Below, piece after piece: positions 8,804-19,239 of a stretch of DNA of 64,000 nt. The position numbers and the translations under genes are program-made. Each line of letters begins with the position of its first letter. Positions within the stretch are counted from its first letter, which is position 1. The notes beneath the pieces are model-generated. The model did no database searches. It saw only the letters and a list, made by a program, of their open reading frames with translations, and was not told the DNA's origin. Source of the stretch: an uncultured Acidimicrobiaceae bacterium (GTDB taxonomy: Bacteria > Actinomycetota > Acidimicrobiia > Acidimicrobiales > MedAcidi-G1). The DNA is taken from NCBI GenBank assembly GCA_913053885.1, contig CAJXGE010000002.1, positions 32,298 to 96,297 of the forward strand, written 5' to 3'.

Positions 8804-10123
8804 TTACTTATTTATTTGTTCAGATAAGTAGTCCACAAGTCCAACTATTGGAATCCGCTCTTGAGTCATCGTGTCCCGTTCTCTTACAGTAACTGCTTGG
8901 TCGTCAAGGGTGTCAAAATCGATTGTCACACAATAAGGCGTACCTATTTCATCTTGCCTTCTATACCGGCGTCCAATTGCTTGAGTCTGGTCATAATCAC
9001 ACATCCATTGCGGTTGAAGGATCTCTAACACTTCTTGAGAGGGTCCGATAAGTTCAGGTTTTTTTGAAAGAGGCAACACTGCCACTTTATAGGGAGCGAT
9101 CCGCGGGTCTAAACGAAGAACTGTTCGCGTGTCGTCATTTACTTCCTCTTCGTCATAAGCGGCCATAAGAAACGCCATCGCCGCCCGAGTAGCCCCTGCC
9201 GCAGGTTCAATCACATACGGTGTGTATCGCTCATCACTATTTGGGTCATGATATTCAAGTCGACTACCTGAGGCTTCTGCATGTTTCTTGAGGTCAAAAT
9301 CCGTTCGATTGGCTACACCTTCAAGTTCATCCCACCCCCACGGGAATAAAAATTCAATATCAGCCGTTGCCGCAGAATAATGGCTCAACTCATCAGCATC
9401 ATGTTCTCGTAATCGAAGTTTGTCTTCAGGGATGCCAAGATCCAAATACCAGTTGTGGCGTTCCTTGCACCAATATTCATACCATTCGGGTGCTTCATTC
9501 GGTGGCACAAAGAATTCCATCTCCATTTGTTCAAATTCTCTAGTTCGAAAAACAAAATTTCCTGGAGTGATCTCGTTACGAAAAGATTTACCGATTTGAG
9601 CTATACCGAAAGGTGGCTTTTTTCTACTCGTGTTTAATACGTTCGCAAAATTCATGAACATCCCCTGAGCTGTTTCGGGGCGCAAATAAACTTCGGCGCT
9701 GGTATCTACCACCGGCCCAGCCTGCGTTTTAAACATAAGATTGAATTCTCGGGCTTCTGTAAAAGAACCGACGCTATTGCAAGAAGGACAAACATTAGGA
9801 TCCTCAAGTTTGTCTTGTCGATGCCTCGCTCCACATTCTTTGCAATCCACCAAAGGGTCAGAGAAGTTAGTTAGATGCCCGGATGCTTCCCATACTGCTG
9901 GTGGGGAAAGAATGGATGCGTCTAAACCAACAACATCGTGGCGGAGTTGCACCATAGTTCGCCACCATTGATCTTTCACATTTCGTAAGAGTTGTACACC
10001 TATTGGGCCGTAATCGTAAGTTGATCTAAATCCGCCATATATTTCTGCTGATTGAAAAATAAAGCCACGGCGTTTTGAGAGGTTGACTACTTTCTCAAAA
10101 AGTGTTTCATCGTTTATAACCAT
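8804..10123 (-). CDS. glyQS: Glycine--tRNA ligase (alpha2, GlyRS-1 type)
   Basis: [58 protein letters not shown]; start placed at ATG 10123. Confidence 0.97.
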   Translation of the reverse strand: MVINDETLFEKVVNLSKRRGFIFQSAEIYGGFRSTYDYGPIGVQLLRNVKDQWWRTMVQLRHDVVGLDASILSPPAVWEASGHLTNFSDPLVDCKECGARHRQDKLEDPNVCPSCNSVGSFTEAREFNLMFKTQAGPVVDTSAEVYLRPETAQGMFMNFANVLNTSRKKPPFGIAQIGKSFRNEITPGNFVFRTREFEQMEMEFFVPPNEAPEWYEYWCKERHNWYLDLGIPEDKLRLREHDADELSHYSAATADIEFLFPWGWDELEGVANRTDFDLKKHAEASGSRLEYHDPNSDERYTPYVIEPAAGATRAAMAFLMAAYDEEEVNDDTRTVLRLDPRIAPYKVAVLPLSKKPELIGPSQEVLEILQPQWMCDYDQTQAIGRRYRRQDEIGTPYCVTIDFDTLDDQAVTVRERDTMTQERIPIVGLVDYLSEQINK

Positions 10124-10204
10124 ATGTATCAAGGTTACCTTGCCTGTCTGGTCGGAAGGGGCTGTTCGCCGTCATAATGCAATTACGGTTTCAATAGTTA
10201 GTGG

Positions 10205-10750
10205 ATGGGAAGAATGACTGAGTCGAAATCAGTTTTAGTTAAGCGTGGGCTCGCTTGGGCTATTGATAGTTTTTTAGTGCTGTTTCTTATCTCTGTGGTG
10301 GTGATTTTTACTGCGGATCGGTATGACGTTCCGGATAGCTGGAGCGAAAAAGAAGCTTGTAGTCAATTTTCTGATTCATCCGACAATTGTCTTGTTGTTT
10401 TAGACGAAGCATTAGTTTTTGATCTTGGTGTTAAATCTCCAATTTTTTGGATTCCTTTTTTTGGTTTATTAGCAAATTTTGTCGTTTTGACGGGTTTGAC
10501 TGGTTTCAGTATCGGCAAGCTTATTTGTGGTATTCGAGTTATTAACCGAGGTAGTCAGAAGCTTCCAGGTTTGACTGCTGCGGCTGGGCGGACACTGCCT
10601 TGGATCTTGGTCACAGCCTTTCCACAAATTGGTCTAGGTTTACTCTTCGTAGAGATAGGTCTCGTAGTTGGTTCTTCTGACAGGAGACGCTTGGGTGACC
10701 GCATCGCTGGCACATTAGTTATTAGCCGAGCAACTAGTCAGGACAATTAG
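10205..10750 (+). CDS. RDD family membrane protein
   Basis: KRGLAWAID, SIGKLICGIRV, RRRLGDRIAGTLV; hydrophobic segments. Confidence 0.85.
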   Translation: MGRMTESKSVLVKRGLAWAIDSFLVLFLISVVVIFTADRYDVPDSWSEKEACSQFSDSSDNCLVVLDEALVFDLGVKSPIFWIPFFGLLANFVVLTGLTGFSIGKLICGIRVINRGSQKLPGLTAAAGRTLPWILVTAFPQIGLGLLFVEIGLVVGSSDRRRLGDRIAGTLVISRATSQDN

Positions 10751-10791
10751 AGCGTTGGTAGCGAAAATGCTAGACATGGTGCAGGAATACT

Positions 10792-10817
10792 ACTAAGTTA
10801 CCAATCAGTAACTTAGT
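10792..10817. promoter_or_regulatory. 10-bp perfect inverted repeat ACTAAGTTAC-N6-GTAACTTAGT, candidate operator (GTNAC-N6-GTNAC core)
   Basis: Seen directly upstream of the lipoprotein/adaptor/ABC operon. Confidence 0.55.
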
Positions 10818-10839
10818 GCTCTTTAGGAATGGCGATCTC

Positions 10840-11598
10840 TTGAAATCCTCAATAACTACAATCTTCATACTTCTTATCTGCTTGTCTTGTAGCGGTGGTA
10901 GCGGGAATGCATCCTCTGAAGAAACAATTGCTGGTATTCAAGGTGGCCAACAAGTGGTTAGTCAAGAAATAATCGACGCCGCAGAAGCCCAAAGAGAAAA
11001 CAAGAGTGAGACCATCGAAGAAATTGCAGAGGAAGTAGGTGTGCTTTCTGTTGAAGAGGTAGAAGTTGAAGAACTCGTCACTGAAATAGAAGAAGAAGTT
11101 GAAGAAGAAATAGACGTTGCCACCGCAGAAGAGGACCCGCTAGAAGGAATCCTGAACGCTTTGTCTGTTTTCACCACATGCATAGAGGACGAAGGATTTG
11201 AATTCGTTGGTGTCCCTGGTCAACCCGGCCCAGACGGTCAAGTTCTTGATCCCGAGGATATAGAACCGGGTTACATCGAAGCACTGCAAAAATGTGCGAC
11301 TGAAAGCAACATTCTTGAATCGTTTCAAACCTATTCGGACGCTCAAGCTAATTTAACTACTGAACAAATCGCTGAAATCAACTTTGGCATACCGGTCTTT
11401 CAAGAATGCATGGAACGCCTCGGTTGGGAGGTTCAAGAACCAGTCCCCAACGAGCGTGGCCTACTTGAATTTGGTCAAAATGGAACCGGACTCACCCCAC
11501 CTGAAGGCACGGAAGATCTTGATCCTGAAGATATCGGCTCATGTCGTAGCGAAGCCCAGGCTTATACAACAGAGAACTATGTGACCGAGGAAGAGTAA
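10840..11598 (+). CDS. Acidic putative lipoprotein with two Cys-pair repeats, associated with the ABC exporter
   Basis: Signal peptide ending LICLSC; Glu-rich linker; repeats FTTCIEDEG...QKC and FQECMERLG...GSC; start uncertain (10816 or 10840). Confidence 0.65.
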   Translation: MKSSITTIFILLICLSCSGGSGNASSEETIAGIQGGQQVVSQEIIDAAEAQRENKSETIEEIAEEVGVLSVEEVEVEELVTEIEEEVEEEIDVATAEEDPLEGILNALSVFTTCIEDEGFEFVGVPGQPGPDGQVLDPEDIEPGYIEALQKCATESNILESFQTYSDAQANLTTEQIAEINFGIPVFQECMERLGWEVQEPVPNERGLLEFGQNGTGLTPPEGTEDLDPEDIGSCRSEAQAYTTENYVTEEE

Positions 11599-11606
11599 CT
11601 GTCCCA

Positions 11607-13817
11607 ATGAATAAAAAATTGTTATGGATATTGAGCGCCATCGGAGGAGTTGCTGTTCTTCTTGTAGGTCTGTTCGTCTGGCCAGGTCTTGGCGACGACA
11701 ACGATTCTTCTTCGACCGTAAGTGATGGACCAACTTATGTTGTTGCTCCGGTTGAACTGAGAACACTCTCCGATGAAATAACTGTACGTGGCGAGATTCG
11801 CAGAGATGAGCTTCAACGAATTACTTCAGGAGTTGATGGACAGGTAAGTTCTGTCCTTGTTGATGATGGCGACACAATAAACACTGGGGACGTTCTTTAT
11901 GCCATTGATGGTCGCGCTGCCGTTGCAGTAGACGGAGAATTCTCGTTCTTTCGCCGACTAGACGTCGGATCCGACGGTCCAGACGTACTCCAACTTGAAA
12001 CAATTCTTTCTTCCGAAGGTTACGACGTCGGGGTTGTTGATCAGCTCTACACCGAGTCAACTCGGGCAGGGCTTCGAGAGTGGCAAATTGATCGTGGGTA
12101 TGGCGGCGCTAGTCCTGAGCCGAATGAGAACATCGTCGTTTCACTCAGCTCTAACTCCGCTGGATACACCATCGGAGCGAAAAATACAGTATCTATCGAA
12201 CTTCAACCAAGTGTCCCGAATCAAGAATTGACTTCTGGTACCAACAGATTAGAAACAGAAGAAACCCGATATGTAAAAAGAGAGAGCCGAAATCAATTCT
12301 TTAGAACAGCAAACCTTGCTTTAGAAAACAATGGCCCGGTTGTTCAGTCAGACAGACCAGAGGTTGAAGTAACAGTAAGCCCATCATCTGTCGTTGAAGG
12401 AGGGACCGCCACCTTTACCTTTACTTCCAATATCGCTATGCCCGATGACACCGTTGTCGAGTACATCGTCACAGGATCTGCTACAGCGGATGACGACTAT
12501 GAAGATGATCCGTTAGATGGAAGTTTTGTCTTTCCTCAAGGTGCAACAAGTTACACACTTGATATCGCAACATTGACTGATGATGTAATAGAAAATGTTG
12601 AAGATTTAACCATTGAAGTCGGAAATGGATTTGTCATCAACGAAGATGACGCCTACATACCTGGCCCACTCAACGAAGCAACGCTTGAAATCACTAGCCC
12701 TGCTGGTGACTTTCAAACTATTGAAGTGAGAGCCACCACTGTTTCTACTCCTGAGGGAGGGAATCTCTCTTTTGAATTTGAAACGGATCTTGTGCGAAAT
12801 GAGGAAACCACAATCACTTTTTCTGTCTGGGGAACCGCAACAAGCGGATCCGACTATTTTGCCGAAGATCTTGAAGTTGATCTTCCCGCCAATGCAGAAA
12901 CTGTCACAGTGACCTTTCAGACTCGAGATGATAAATGGGTGGAGCGAGATGAGACTCTTTGGGTAACTATCACCTTAAACCCCGATGAGGATTATGTAAT
13001 TGGAGCTCAAGAATCGTCTTCAGGCATAATCGAATCAAACGATATGCCGGAATTAACTATTGAGGGCGGCGGAAACGTTGGAGAAGGCGGGAACGCCCAG
13101 TTCACAATAAAAGCAGACCAGCCAGTAGTTGAAGACACCTCAATCAACTATCAGTTACGGGGAAGCGCTTCGCCCGGTTCAGACTATAAAGAACTCCCTG
13201 GCACAGTGATAATGCTTGCCGGAGAGAGCGAAGTTACCGTTCAAATTGAGACTATAGACGATGACGTAATTTTTCTTCCCGGAGACATGGTCGTAGCTTC
13301 TTGGCCAGCACGAATCGGAACGGTCTCAGTTGATGACGGAGAGTTCATTCTTCTTGGTCAGCAAGTCCTTACTCTGACAGAACCCGATTTCACGATCACT
13401 TTGACGTTGAATGCAACAGATCGCGGAAATCTTGAAGTCGGAATGGCAGTAGAAGTTGAACTGCAAGCAAGCGACCAAGATGCCGTTCCAGGAGTCATCA
13501 TTGAGTTAGATGAAACAGCAACAGTGAGCGGTGACGGGTCCGAACGATATGAAGGGGTAATAGAAACCTCAGAGGCTCTTGATGCAGTTGATGGCGCAAA
13601 CGTAAACGTTGACGTTACCCGTGAAGAAAAGATTGATGTAATAACTGTCCCGGTTGCTGCAGTTCTTCAAGACGGGCAAGGAAACGACGTTGTTAGAGTC
13701 GTATTAAGCGATGGAACAACAACTCAGGTAAGAGTAGAAGTTGGACTTTCCGAAGGAGCTTTCGTGGAGATCACAGAAGGGCTTACCGGCAGTGAACTAG
13801 TTCTGGTGGAAACGTAA
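11607..13817 (+). CDS. MacA-like periplasmic adaptor with peptidoglycan-binding domain and inserted Calx-beta repeats
   Basis: N-terminal TM; lipoyl half-motif (GQVSSVLVDDGDTINTGDVLY); PG-binding motif (GSDGPDVLQLE...TRAGLREWQ); EGG...GSA...DY...DD repeats; C-terminal VPVAAV...VEVGLS...VEITEGL. Confidence 0.8.
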   Translation: MNKKLLWILSAIGGVAVLLVGLFVWPGLGDDNDSSSTVSDGPTYVVAPVELRTLSDEITVRGEIRRDELQRITSGVDGQVSSVLVDDGDTINTGDVLYAIDGRAAVAVDGEFSFFRRLDVGSDGPDVLQLETILSSEGYDVGVVDQLYTESTRAGLREWQIDRGYGGASPEPNENIVVSLSSNSAGYTIGAKNTVSIELQPSVPNQELTSGTNRLETEETRYVKRESRNQFFRTANLALENNGPVVQSDRPEVEVTVSPSSVVEGGTATFTFTSNIAMPDDTVVEYIVTGSATADDDYEDDPLDGSFVFPQGATSYTLDIATLTDDVIENVEDLTIEVGNGFVINEDDAYIPGPLNEATLEITSPAGDFQTIEVRATTVSTPEGGNLSFEFETDLVRNEETTITFSVWGTATSGSDYFAEDLEVDLPANAETVTVTFQTRDDKWVERDETLWVTITLNPDEDYVIGAQESSSGIIESNDMPELTIEGGGNVGEGGNAQFTIKADQPVVEDTSINYQLRGSASPGSDYKELPGTVIMLAGESEVTVQIETIDDDVIFLPGDMVVASWPARIGTVSVDDGEFILLGQQVLTLTEPDFTITLTLNATDRGNLEVGMAVEVELQASDQDAVPGVIIELDETATVSGDGSERYEGVIETSEALDAVDGANVNVDVTREEKIDVITVPVAAVLQDGQGNDVVRVVLSDGTTTQVRVEVGLSEGAFVEITEGLTGSELVLVET

Positions 13818-14608
13818 TGGACTCAACTGGGTTAAAAGATCCCAACCCGGTAAATTCCCACCAGACGCAGCTCTTCAGTTTAAATAACGTCTACCGAATT
13901 TATGGTGAAGAACCAGTAGCTGTTCATGCTTTGGATGGAGTTTCTTTAGATATCCACTCCGGTGACTTTATGGCAATAATCGGTCCTTCAGGATCAGGAA
14001 AATCAACGTTACTTGGACTTCTTGGTTGTCTCGATTTACCTTCCCGCGGATCAATAAAAGTTTCTGGCACGGAAGTTACCGAGTTAGACGATGGAGCACG
14101 TTCTAAGTTGCGGGGCGACTCTATCGGATTTGTTTTCCAACAATTTCACCTTATTCCTCATCTAACAGCCTTAGGGAACGTAGCAACCGCCCTTCTCTAT
14201 CGTGATTTGAGTAAAAGTGAAATAAATCAGCGCGCATTACAGGCCCTTGACACCGTTGGTCTGGCCGAACGTCATGATCACCGGCCAGTTCAAATGTCCG
14301 GAGGAGAACAACAACGAGTTGCCTTAGCGCGGGCAATAGTTACTGATCCGCTCATGATTCTCGCTGACGAACCAACGGGCGCTCTTGACACGAAAAATGC
14401 AAAAATGGTGATGGATATCTTCAAGAATCTTCAAGATCAGAACCGTGCAGTTGTTCTCGTAACCCACGATCTTGAAATAGCTGAACAGATGGACCGAGTT
14501 GTTTCTATGCGAGATGGAAAAATCATTGCAGATGATTTACGTGCCGAACGCAAACAGTCATTACAAGATACTTTTTGGGAATCCGGTAGCGGTTCCAAAC
14601 TCGAGTAG
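13817..14608 (+). CDS. ABC transporter ATP-binding protein (MacB/LolD type)
   Basis: [45 protein letters not shown]. Confidence 0.95.
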   Translation: MDSTGLKDPNPVNSHQTQLFSLNNVYRIYGEEPVAVHALDGVSLDIHSGDFMAIIGPSGSGKSTLLGLLGCLDLPSRGSIKVSGTEVTELDDGARSKLRGDSIGFVFQQFHLIPHLTALGNVATALLYRDLSKSEINQRALQALDTVGLAERHDHRPVQMSGGEQQRVALARAIVTDPLMILADEPTGALDTKNAKMVMDIFKNLQDQNRAVVLVTHDLEIAEQMDRVVSMRDGKIIADDLRAERKQSLQDTFWESGSGSKLE

Positions 14609-14610
14609 CT

Positions 14611-15798
14611 ATGAACTGGTTTCGCGAAATACTCAATGTCGCAATTAGCGGCTTAACGGCAAGAAAAGTCCGCACTTTGCTTATCATGCTTGGCCCAGTG
14701 TTAGGTGCAGCAGGAATTGTTGCTGCCGTTGGGTTGAACGAATCCGCAAAAGGCGATGTACGTCAGACTCTAGAAAGACTTGGCACGAACTTGATTGTTG
14801 CTTCTGCAGATGGATCTTTCTCTGCAGGTCAAGCACCAACCCTCCCTGAAGATGCTGTTGAAAGATCCATGAATGTATCAACGGTTGATCGAGTAGCTGG
14901 AATTACCGAAATAGGTAGCCTCACTGTTCTTCCTTCTCAAGGCGGGAAAGACTTTTTCCGAACGATTCCGATTCCAGTTTTAACTAGCGACCAGAACCTT
15001 CTTGATGTTCTAGATGCACAGATGCTTCATGGACGTTTTATCAACGGATCTGATGAAAGTAATGTGTTTCGTTCTGCCGTTATGGGACACGACTTAGCAA
15101 ACGACTACCAGTACCTTCCAGGGGAACTTCGCACTATAGATGTAGACGGGGAAACTTATGGAGTGGTTGGAGTAATCGAAAAAGTAGATCTTGTTCCAAA
15201 ACTTGACACGGCAATAATCATTCCGAAATCTTCTGCAGAAGAGGACTTTGATGTTGAACAAAAACCAACCACGTTATATGTGAGAGCTACAGAGGGGAAT
15301 GTCGATTCAACAGCAGAAGCTTTACCTATGGCTATTAACCTCGGCGGAGACGAAGCGGTCACTGTCGCAGTTCCTTCTGACTTACTCGAAGCTCAAGGAG
15401 CCGTCGACACAACATTAAGAAATATTCTTTTCTTAATGGGTGGTTTGGCGCTGCTTGTTGGTGGAGTTGGAATCGCGAATGTGATGTCAATTTCTGTCAT
15501 TCAGCGCTCAGGAGAAATAGGTATTCGTCGCGCTCTTGGACATACGAAAATGACAATAGCTCTTCAATTCGTCCTTGAAGCCCTGTTTGTAGGGGTTCTA
15601 GGAGGAATCGCAGGAGTGGTAACTGGAGTGTGTGTTATTTATCTTGTGTCTTCAATTCTTGGATGGATCGCGACACTAAACATTCCTCTCTTTTTAGTTG
15701 CGGGAGGGATGGCCTTGATTGTTTCGGTGATCGCTGGTTTATATCCGGCTTGGAAAGCAGCGCGCCTTGAACCGCTAGAAACCCTACGTCTTGGTTAA
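14611..15798 (+). CDS. ABC transporter permease (MacB/FtsX family)
   Basis: RKVRTLL TM1, large extracytoplasmic domain, GGVGIANVMSISVIQRSGEIGIRRALG, GLYPAWKAARLEP. Confidence 0.93.
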   Translation: MNWFREILNVAISGLTARKVRTLLIMLGPVLGAAGIVAAVGLNESAKGDVRQTLERLGTNLIVASADGSFSAGQAPTLPEDAVERSMNVSTVDRVAGITEIGSLTVLPSQGGKDFFRTIPIPVLTSDQNLLDVLDAQMLHGRFINGSDESNVFRSAVMGHDLANDYQYLPGELRTIDVDGETYGVVGVIEKVDLVPKLDTAIIIPKSSAEEDFDVEQKPTTLYVRATEGNVDSTAEALPMAINLGGDEAVTVAVPSDLLEAQGAVDTTLRNILFLMGGLALLVGGVGIANVMSISVIQRSGEIGIRRALGHTKMTIALQFVLEALFVGVLGGIAGVVTGVCVIYLVSSILGWIATLNIPLFLVAGGMALIVSVIAGLYPAWKAARLEPLETLRLG

Positions 15799-15817
15799 AG
15801 AGTTCTTATAAAATCAC

Positions 15818-16537
15818 TTACGTTTGATCTAGTACTTTCCGGCTACGTAAACGGCGTTCCAAATGAAATTCAACTGCTTCGTAAGCTACAGATTCGACTT
15901 CTGAACATACTTGGTTATCTTCAACCGCAAGTGCCATACTGAGACCGCCGCCAAGGATTGAACGCATGACAGCTATTGATCTTTCAGTGACTGATCGTCC
16001 TCGGCGACATTTTTCGCAGAGAACTCCTCCTTCGTTGTAATCAATTGAAACAAGTGGGCCGCTTGACTGGCACCTAGTGCACAAATCTAGATGAGGCTCA
16101 AGTCCTTCATGGGCAAGAACTTTCAGCAAGAAAGCTGGTAGAACCAAAGGGGCTGGATTCTCGTCAAGGGTTCTTAGAGCTCCGACCAGCATTTCATATC
16201 GCTTAACATCCTTATTTTGATCTAAAGAAAAATGGTCAGAGACTTCCAGCATCGCTGAAGCGCTTGCGAATAAATTCGGATCATTTCGTAAATTGGCGAA
16301 ACGGTCGATGGTTTCTGCTTGAGTTACAATGCCCAGTTCGCCTCTTCCTTCAAACATTTGAAACGATACGTGGCTGGTGAGTTCTAGTCTGCCTCCAAAT
16401 TTACTTTTTGTTTTTCGAACGCCTTTTGCTACTGCACGTACTTTTCCATGCTCAGCGGTTAAGAGAACCACTATCCGATCTGATTCTCCTAGTCGCCAAC
16501 CACGGAGAACTACACCTTTATCGTTGTATTGGCTCAT
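15818..16537 (-). CDS. recO: DNA repair protein RecO
   Basis: GVVLR...GESDRIVVLLT..HGKVRAVAKGVRK; C-terminal CxxC...CxxC Zn finger. Confidence 0.95.
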   Translation of the reverse strand: MSQYNDKGVVLRGWRLGESDRIVVLLTAEHGKVRAVAKGVRKTKSKFGGRLELTSHVSFQMFEGRGELGIVTQAETIDRFANLRNDPNLFASASAMLEVSDHFSLDQNKDVKRYEMLVGALRTLDENPAPLVLPAFLLKVLAHEGLEPHLDLCTRCQSSGPLVSIDYNEGGVLCEKCRRGRSVTERSIAVMRSILGGGLSMALAVEDNQVCSEVESVAYEAVEFHLERRLRSRKVLDQT

Positions 16538-16539
16538 AG

Positions 16540-17262
16540 TTACGTTTCAGACACTCCGCCGTAACGGCGATCTCGATCTTGGTACTCTTTCACAGCAGTA
16601 AAAAGATCCTCGCGTCTGAAGTCTGGCCAAAGAGTCTCTGAAAAAATGAGTTCGCTGTAAGCGATCTCCCAGAGAAGAAAGTTTGACACCCGGTACTCCC
16701 CTGACGTGCGTATCACCAGATCCGGATCAGGAATCGTTGGGTCATATAGATGTCTACTTATCGTTTTTTCATTTATGCGTTCCGCAGACATTCCCTTGTC
16801 AATAATCCGCTTCACCGCGTCAACAATTTCTGCGCGTCCGCCGTAATTAAAAGCGATCGTAAAAGTTAGTCCAGTGTTTCCTTTTGTTAAATTTTCTGTT
16901 TCCTCCATACGGCGGATAAGACGTCTTGGGACTTGACGATTCCTACGCCCAATGAAACGAATCCGCACATTACGTTCATTTAATTCGTCTCTTCTTTCCA
17001 AAAGAATCTTTTCATTGAAATTAAGGAGGAATTTCACTTCTTCAGAAGGTCTTGCCCAATTCTCTGTGGAGAAGGCGAAAACAGTAAACCATTTGACTCC
17101 AAGATCATCAGCGCCTTCTAAAACATCCATCAAGGATTGTTCACCGGCTGTATGTCCTTCTGTGCGCGGAAGTTTACGACTTTCAGCCCACCGGCCATTT
17201 CCATCCATCACTGCCGCAATATGCGTTGGAATTCTTGAAAGGTCTAAATCAGAAATCTTCAC
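16540..17262 (-). CDS. uppS: Polyprenyl diphosphate synthase (cis-prenyltransferase)
   Basis: HIAAVMDGNGRWA, AFSTENW, FNYGGR, PDLVIRTSGE, SNFLLWEIAYSE. Confidence 0.96.
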   Translation of the reverse strand: MKISDLDLSRIPTHIAAVMDGNGRWAESRKLPRTEGHTAGEQSLMDVLEGADDLGVKWFTVFAFSTENWARPSEEVKFLLNFNEKILLERRDELNERNVRIRFIGRRNRQVPRRLIRRMEETENLTKGNTGLTFTIAFNYGGRAEIVDAVKRIIDKGMSAERINEKTISRHLYDPTIPDPDLVIRTSGEYRVSNFLLWEIAYSELIFSETLWPDFRREDLFTAVKEYQDRDRRYGGVSET

Positions 17263-17343
17263 ACAAGAAACTTACCTCCTGTTTTGCCTTAGAACCGAAC
17301 CTTAAGCACCATCAATTGAACTTAAGCCTCTACTCTTCTATTC

Positions 17344-19239
17344 ATGGACTTACCAGATTCAGCGAACATCGCCCTTGAAACCGTGTGCGAGAATCTACCA
17401 AACGGTGGAGAACGGCGACCCGGACAGGAAGCTATGACTCGTATGGTCGCAGAATCTATTGTTTCTGGAAACCATCTTGTAGTTCGAGCTGGCACTGGAA
17501 CTGGGAAATCTTTGGCCTATCTCCTACCAAGTATTCTTTCTGAAAAACCGACAATTGTTGCAACTGCTACTAAAGCTTTGCAGGATCAATTAGCGCAAAA
17601 GGATCTTCCCTTTCTTCAGTTGCATCTTGAAAAGCCATTCTCTTTTTCAGTTTTAAAAGGTCGTTCAAATTACGTATGCCGTCAAAAAATTATTGAATAT
17701 CAATCCTCAGATCAGCAGCAAGTTCTTGAAGAGATGCGGTCACTGGTCAATGAAGAGCATTTAGATTCAATTATTGAATGGGCTGAAGACACGGTTACCG
17801 GTGATAGATCAGATCTTTCTTTTGAACCCAACAATGCCACCTGGGAGAAACTAAGCGTGACTTCAAATGAATGTCCGGGTAGAAACAAGTGCCCAAGTGG
17901 TGAGATTTGCTTTGCTGAAACTGCGAAAGATGTTGCTGCCGTTTCTGATGTCGTCGTAACTAACCTGCACCTCTATGCATTAGATATTTGTGCTGAAAAT
18001 GCTTTTCTTCCTGAGCATGAGATCGTTGTCCTGGATGAAGCGCACAAAGTTGAAGAAATTCTTTCTTCTTCTTTAGGCTTTGAAATTCACGGAGGGAAAT
18101 TCCGTTCTCTCTTTAGAGATGCTGGGTCTGTCCTTTCTTCTTGTTCAGAGTTAGAAAATGTTGGAGAACTCAACGAAATGTTTGATACTGCCTTGAATCC
18201 TCACTCAAACCAGCGTGTTGTCCCTCCAGAAGACAGAGTTCTTTCAGACTTGTTTGATCTCACTGAGGCGCGTTTGGTTGCGCTGTCTTCAGTTCTTCGC
18301 GAACTTCCAGATATTACGACCCTTGACATAGGAGCAAGGATTACTCGAGTTATTCAATCAATAGATTCGCTTCTTGAGAATGTGAGGGAAGCGCGATGGC
18401 TTGAAGATGATTCTGTGGCTTGGGTTGAATCAACTTATGGTCGTCCCACCATGAAAGTTGCCCTTATTTCTGTAGATCATATTCTGAACGAGAATTTGTG
18501 GCCCTTACGCACTGTTGTTCTTACTAGTGCAACTGTTCCGGCTAATCTTGCTAATCGCCTAGGACTTGATGAAGAGAGTTTTTCTTTTGAAGATGTTGGG
18601 AGTCCATTTGACTTTGAGAATCAAGCACTCCTCTATTGTGCTTCTCATCTTCCAGATCCGCGAAACCAAAATTACCGCGAAGAACTTCATGATGAAATTG
18701 AGCGCTTGATCATTGCTGCAGGTGGAAGGACTCTGGCTTTATTTACCAGTCGTCGAGCTCTAGATGAAGCCACTTCCTATCTTCGCCCTCGGTTACCTTT
18801 TACTATTTTTCACCAGGACGATCTTCCTAAGCCTGCTTTGATTTCTGCTTTCTCACGAGAAGAAGAATCTTGCCTATTTGGAACAAAGGGGCTGTGGCAT
18901 GGAATTGATATTCCGGGGCCTTCTTGTTCTTTAGTTATTATTGACCGCATTCCTTTTCCCAGTCCTGCTGACCCTTTATTAAGTGCTCGTAGGGAAAAAA
19001 TTGGAGATTCGTCTTTTCGTGAGATAGATCTGCCAATTGCTGCGACTGAATTATCTCAAGGGGTTGGTCGGTTAATTCGTTCTACATCAGATTTTGGTGT
19101 TGTTGCGGTACTTGACTCCCGGCTCGCTAAAACTGATAGTTACCGGGGTCAACTACTTGAAGCTTTGCCGCCGATGACTCGAACTACGGATCTGGAGTCT
19201 GTTACTTCTTATTTAGAACGTATTGAGACTCGACTTTAG
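17344..19239 (+). CDS. dinG: DinG/YoaA-family ATP-dependent DNA helicase with Fe-S cluster
   Basis: RPGQ, AGTGTGKS, LQDQL, KGRSNYVC, Cys cluster, LDEAH, LTSAT, GIDIPG, QGVGRLIR. Confidence 0.9.
   Translation: MDLPDSANIALETVCENLPNGGERRPGQEAMTRMVAESIVSGNHLVVRAGTGTGKSLAYLLPSILSEKPTIVATATKALQDQLAQKDLPFLQLHLEKPFSFSVLKGRSNYVCRQKIIEYQSSDQQQVLEEMRSLVNEEHLDSIIEWAEDTVTGDRSDLSFEPNNATWEKLSVTSNECPGRNKCPSGEICFAETAKDVAAVSDVVVTNLHLYALDICAENAFLPEHEIVVLDEAHKVEEILSSSLGFEIHGGKFRSLFRDAGSVLSSCSELENVGELNEMFDTALNPHSNQRVVPPEDRVLSDLFDLTEARLVALSSVLRELPDITTLDIGARITRVIQSIDSLLENVREARWLEDDSVAWVESTYGRPTMKVALISVDHILNENLWPLRTVVLTSATVPANLANRLGLDEESFSFEDVGSPFDFENQALLYCASHLPDPRNQNYREELHDEIERLIIAAGGRTLALFTSRRALDEATSYLRPRLPFTIFHQDDLPKPALISAFSREEESCLFGTKGLWHGIDIPGPSCSLVIIDRIPFPSPADPLLSARREKIGDSSFREIDLPIAATELSQGVGRLIRSTSDFGVVAVLDSRLAKTDSYRGQLLEALPPMTRTTDLESVTSYLERIETRL

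Noticed and set aside
11010-11135. GAA-rich quasi-repeat as a possible tandem repeat or CRISPR array
   Set aside because: It is Glu-rich coding sequence of the lipoprotein stalk, with no fixed repeat-spacer period
17344-19239. dinG as a type IV CRISPR or defence-associated helicase, given its opposite orientation within the era-uppS-recO run
   Set aside because: Ordinary YoaA/DinG motifs, housekeeping neighbours and no cas genes
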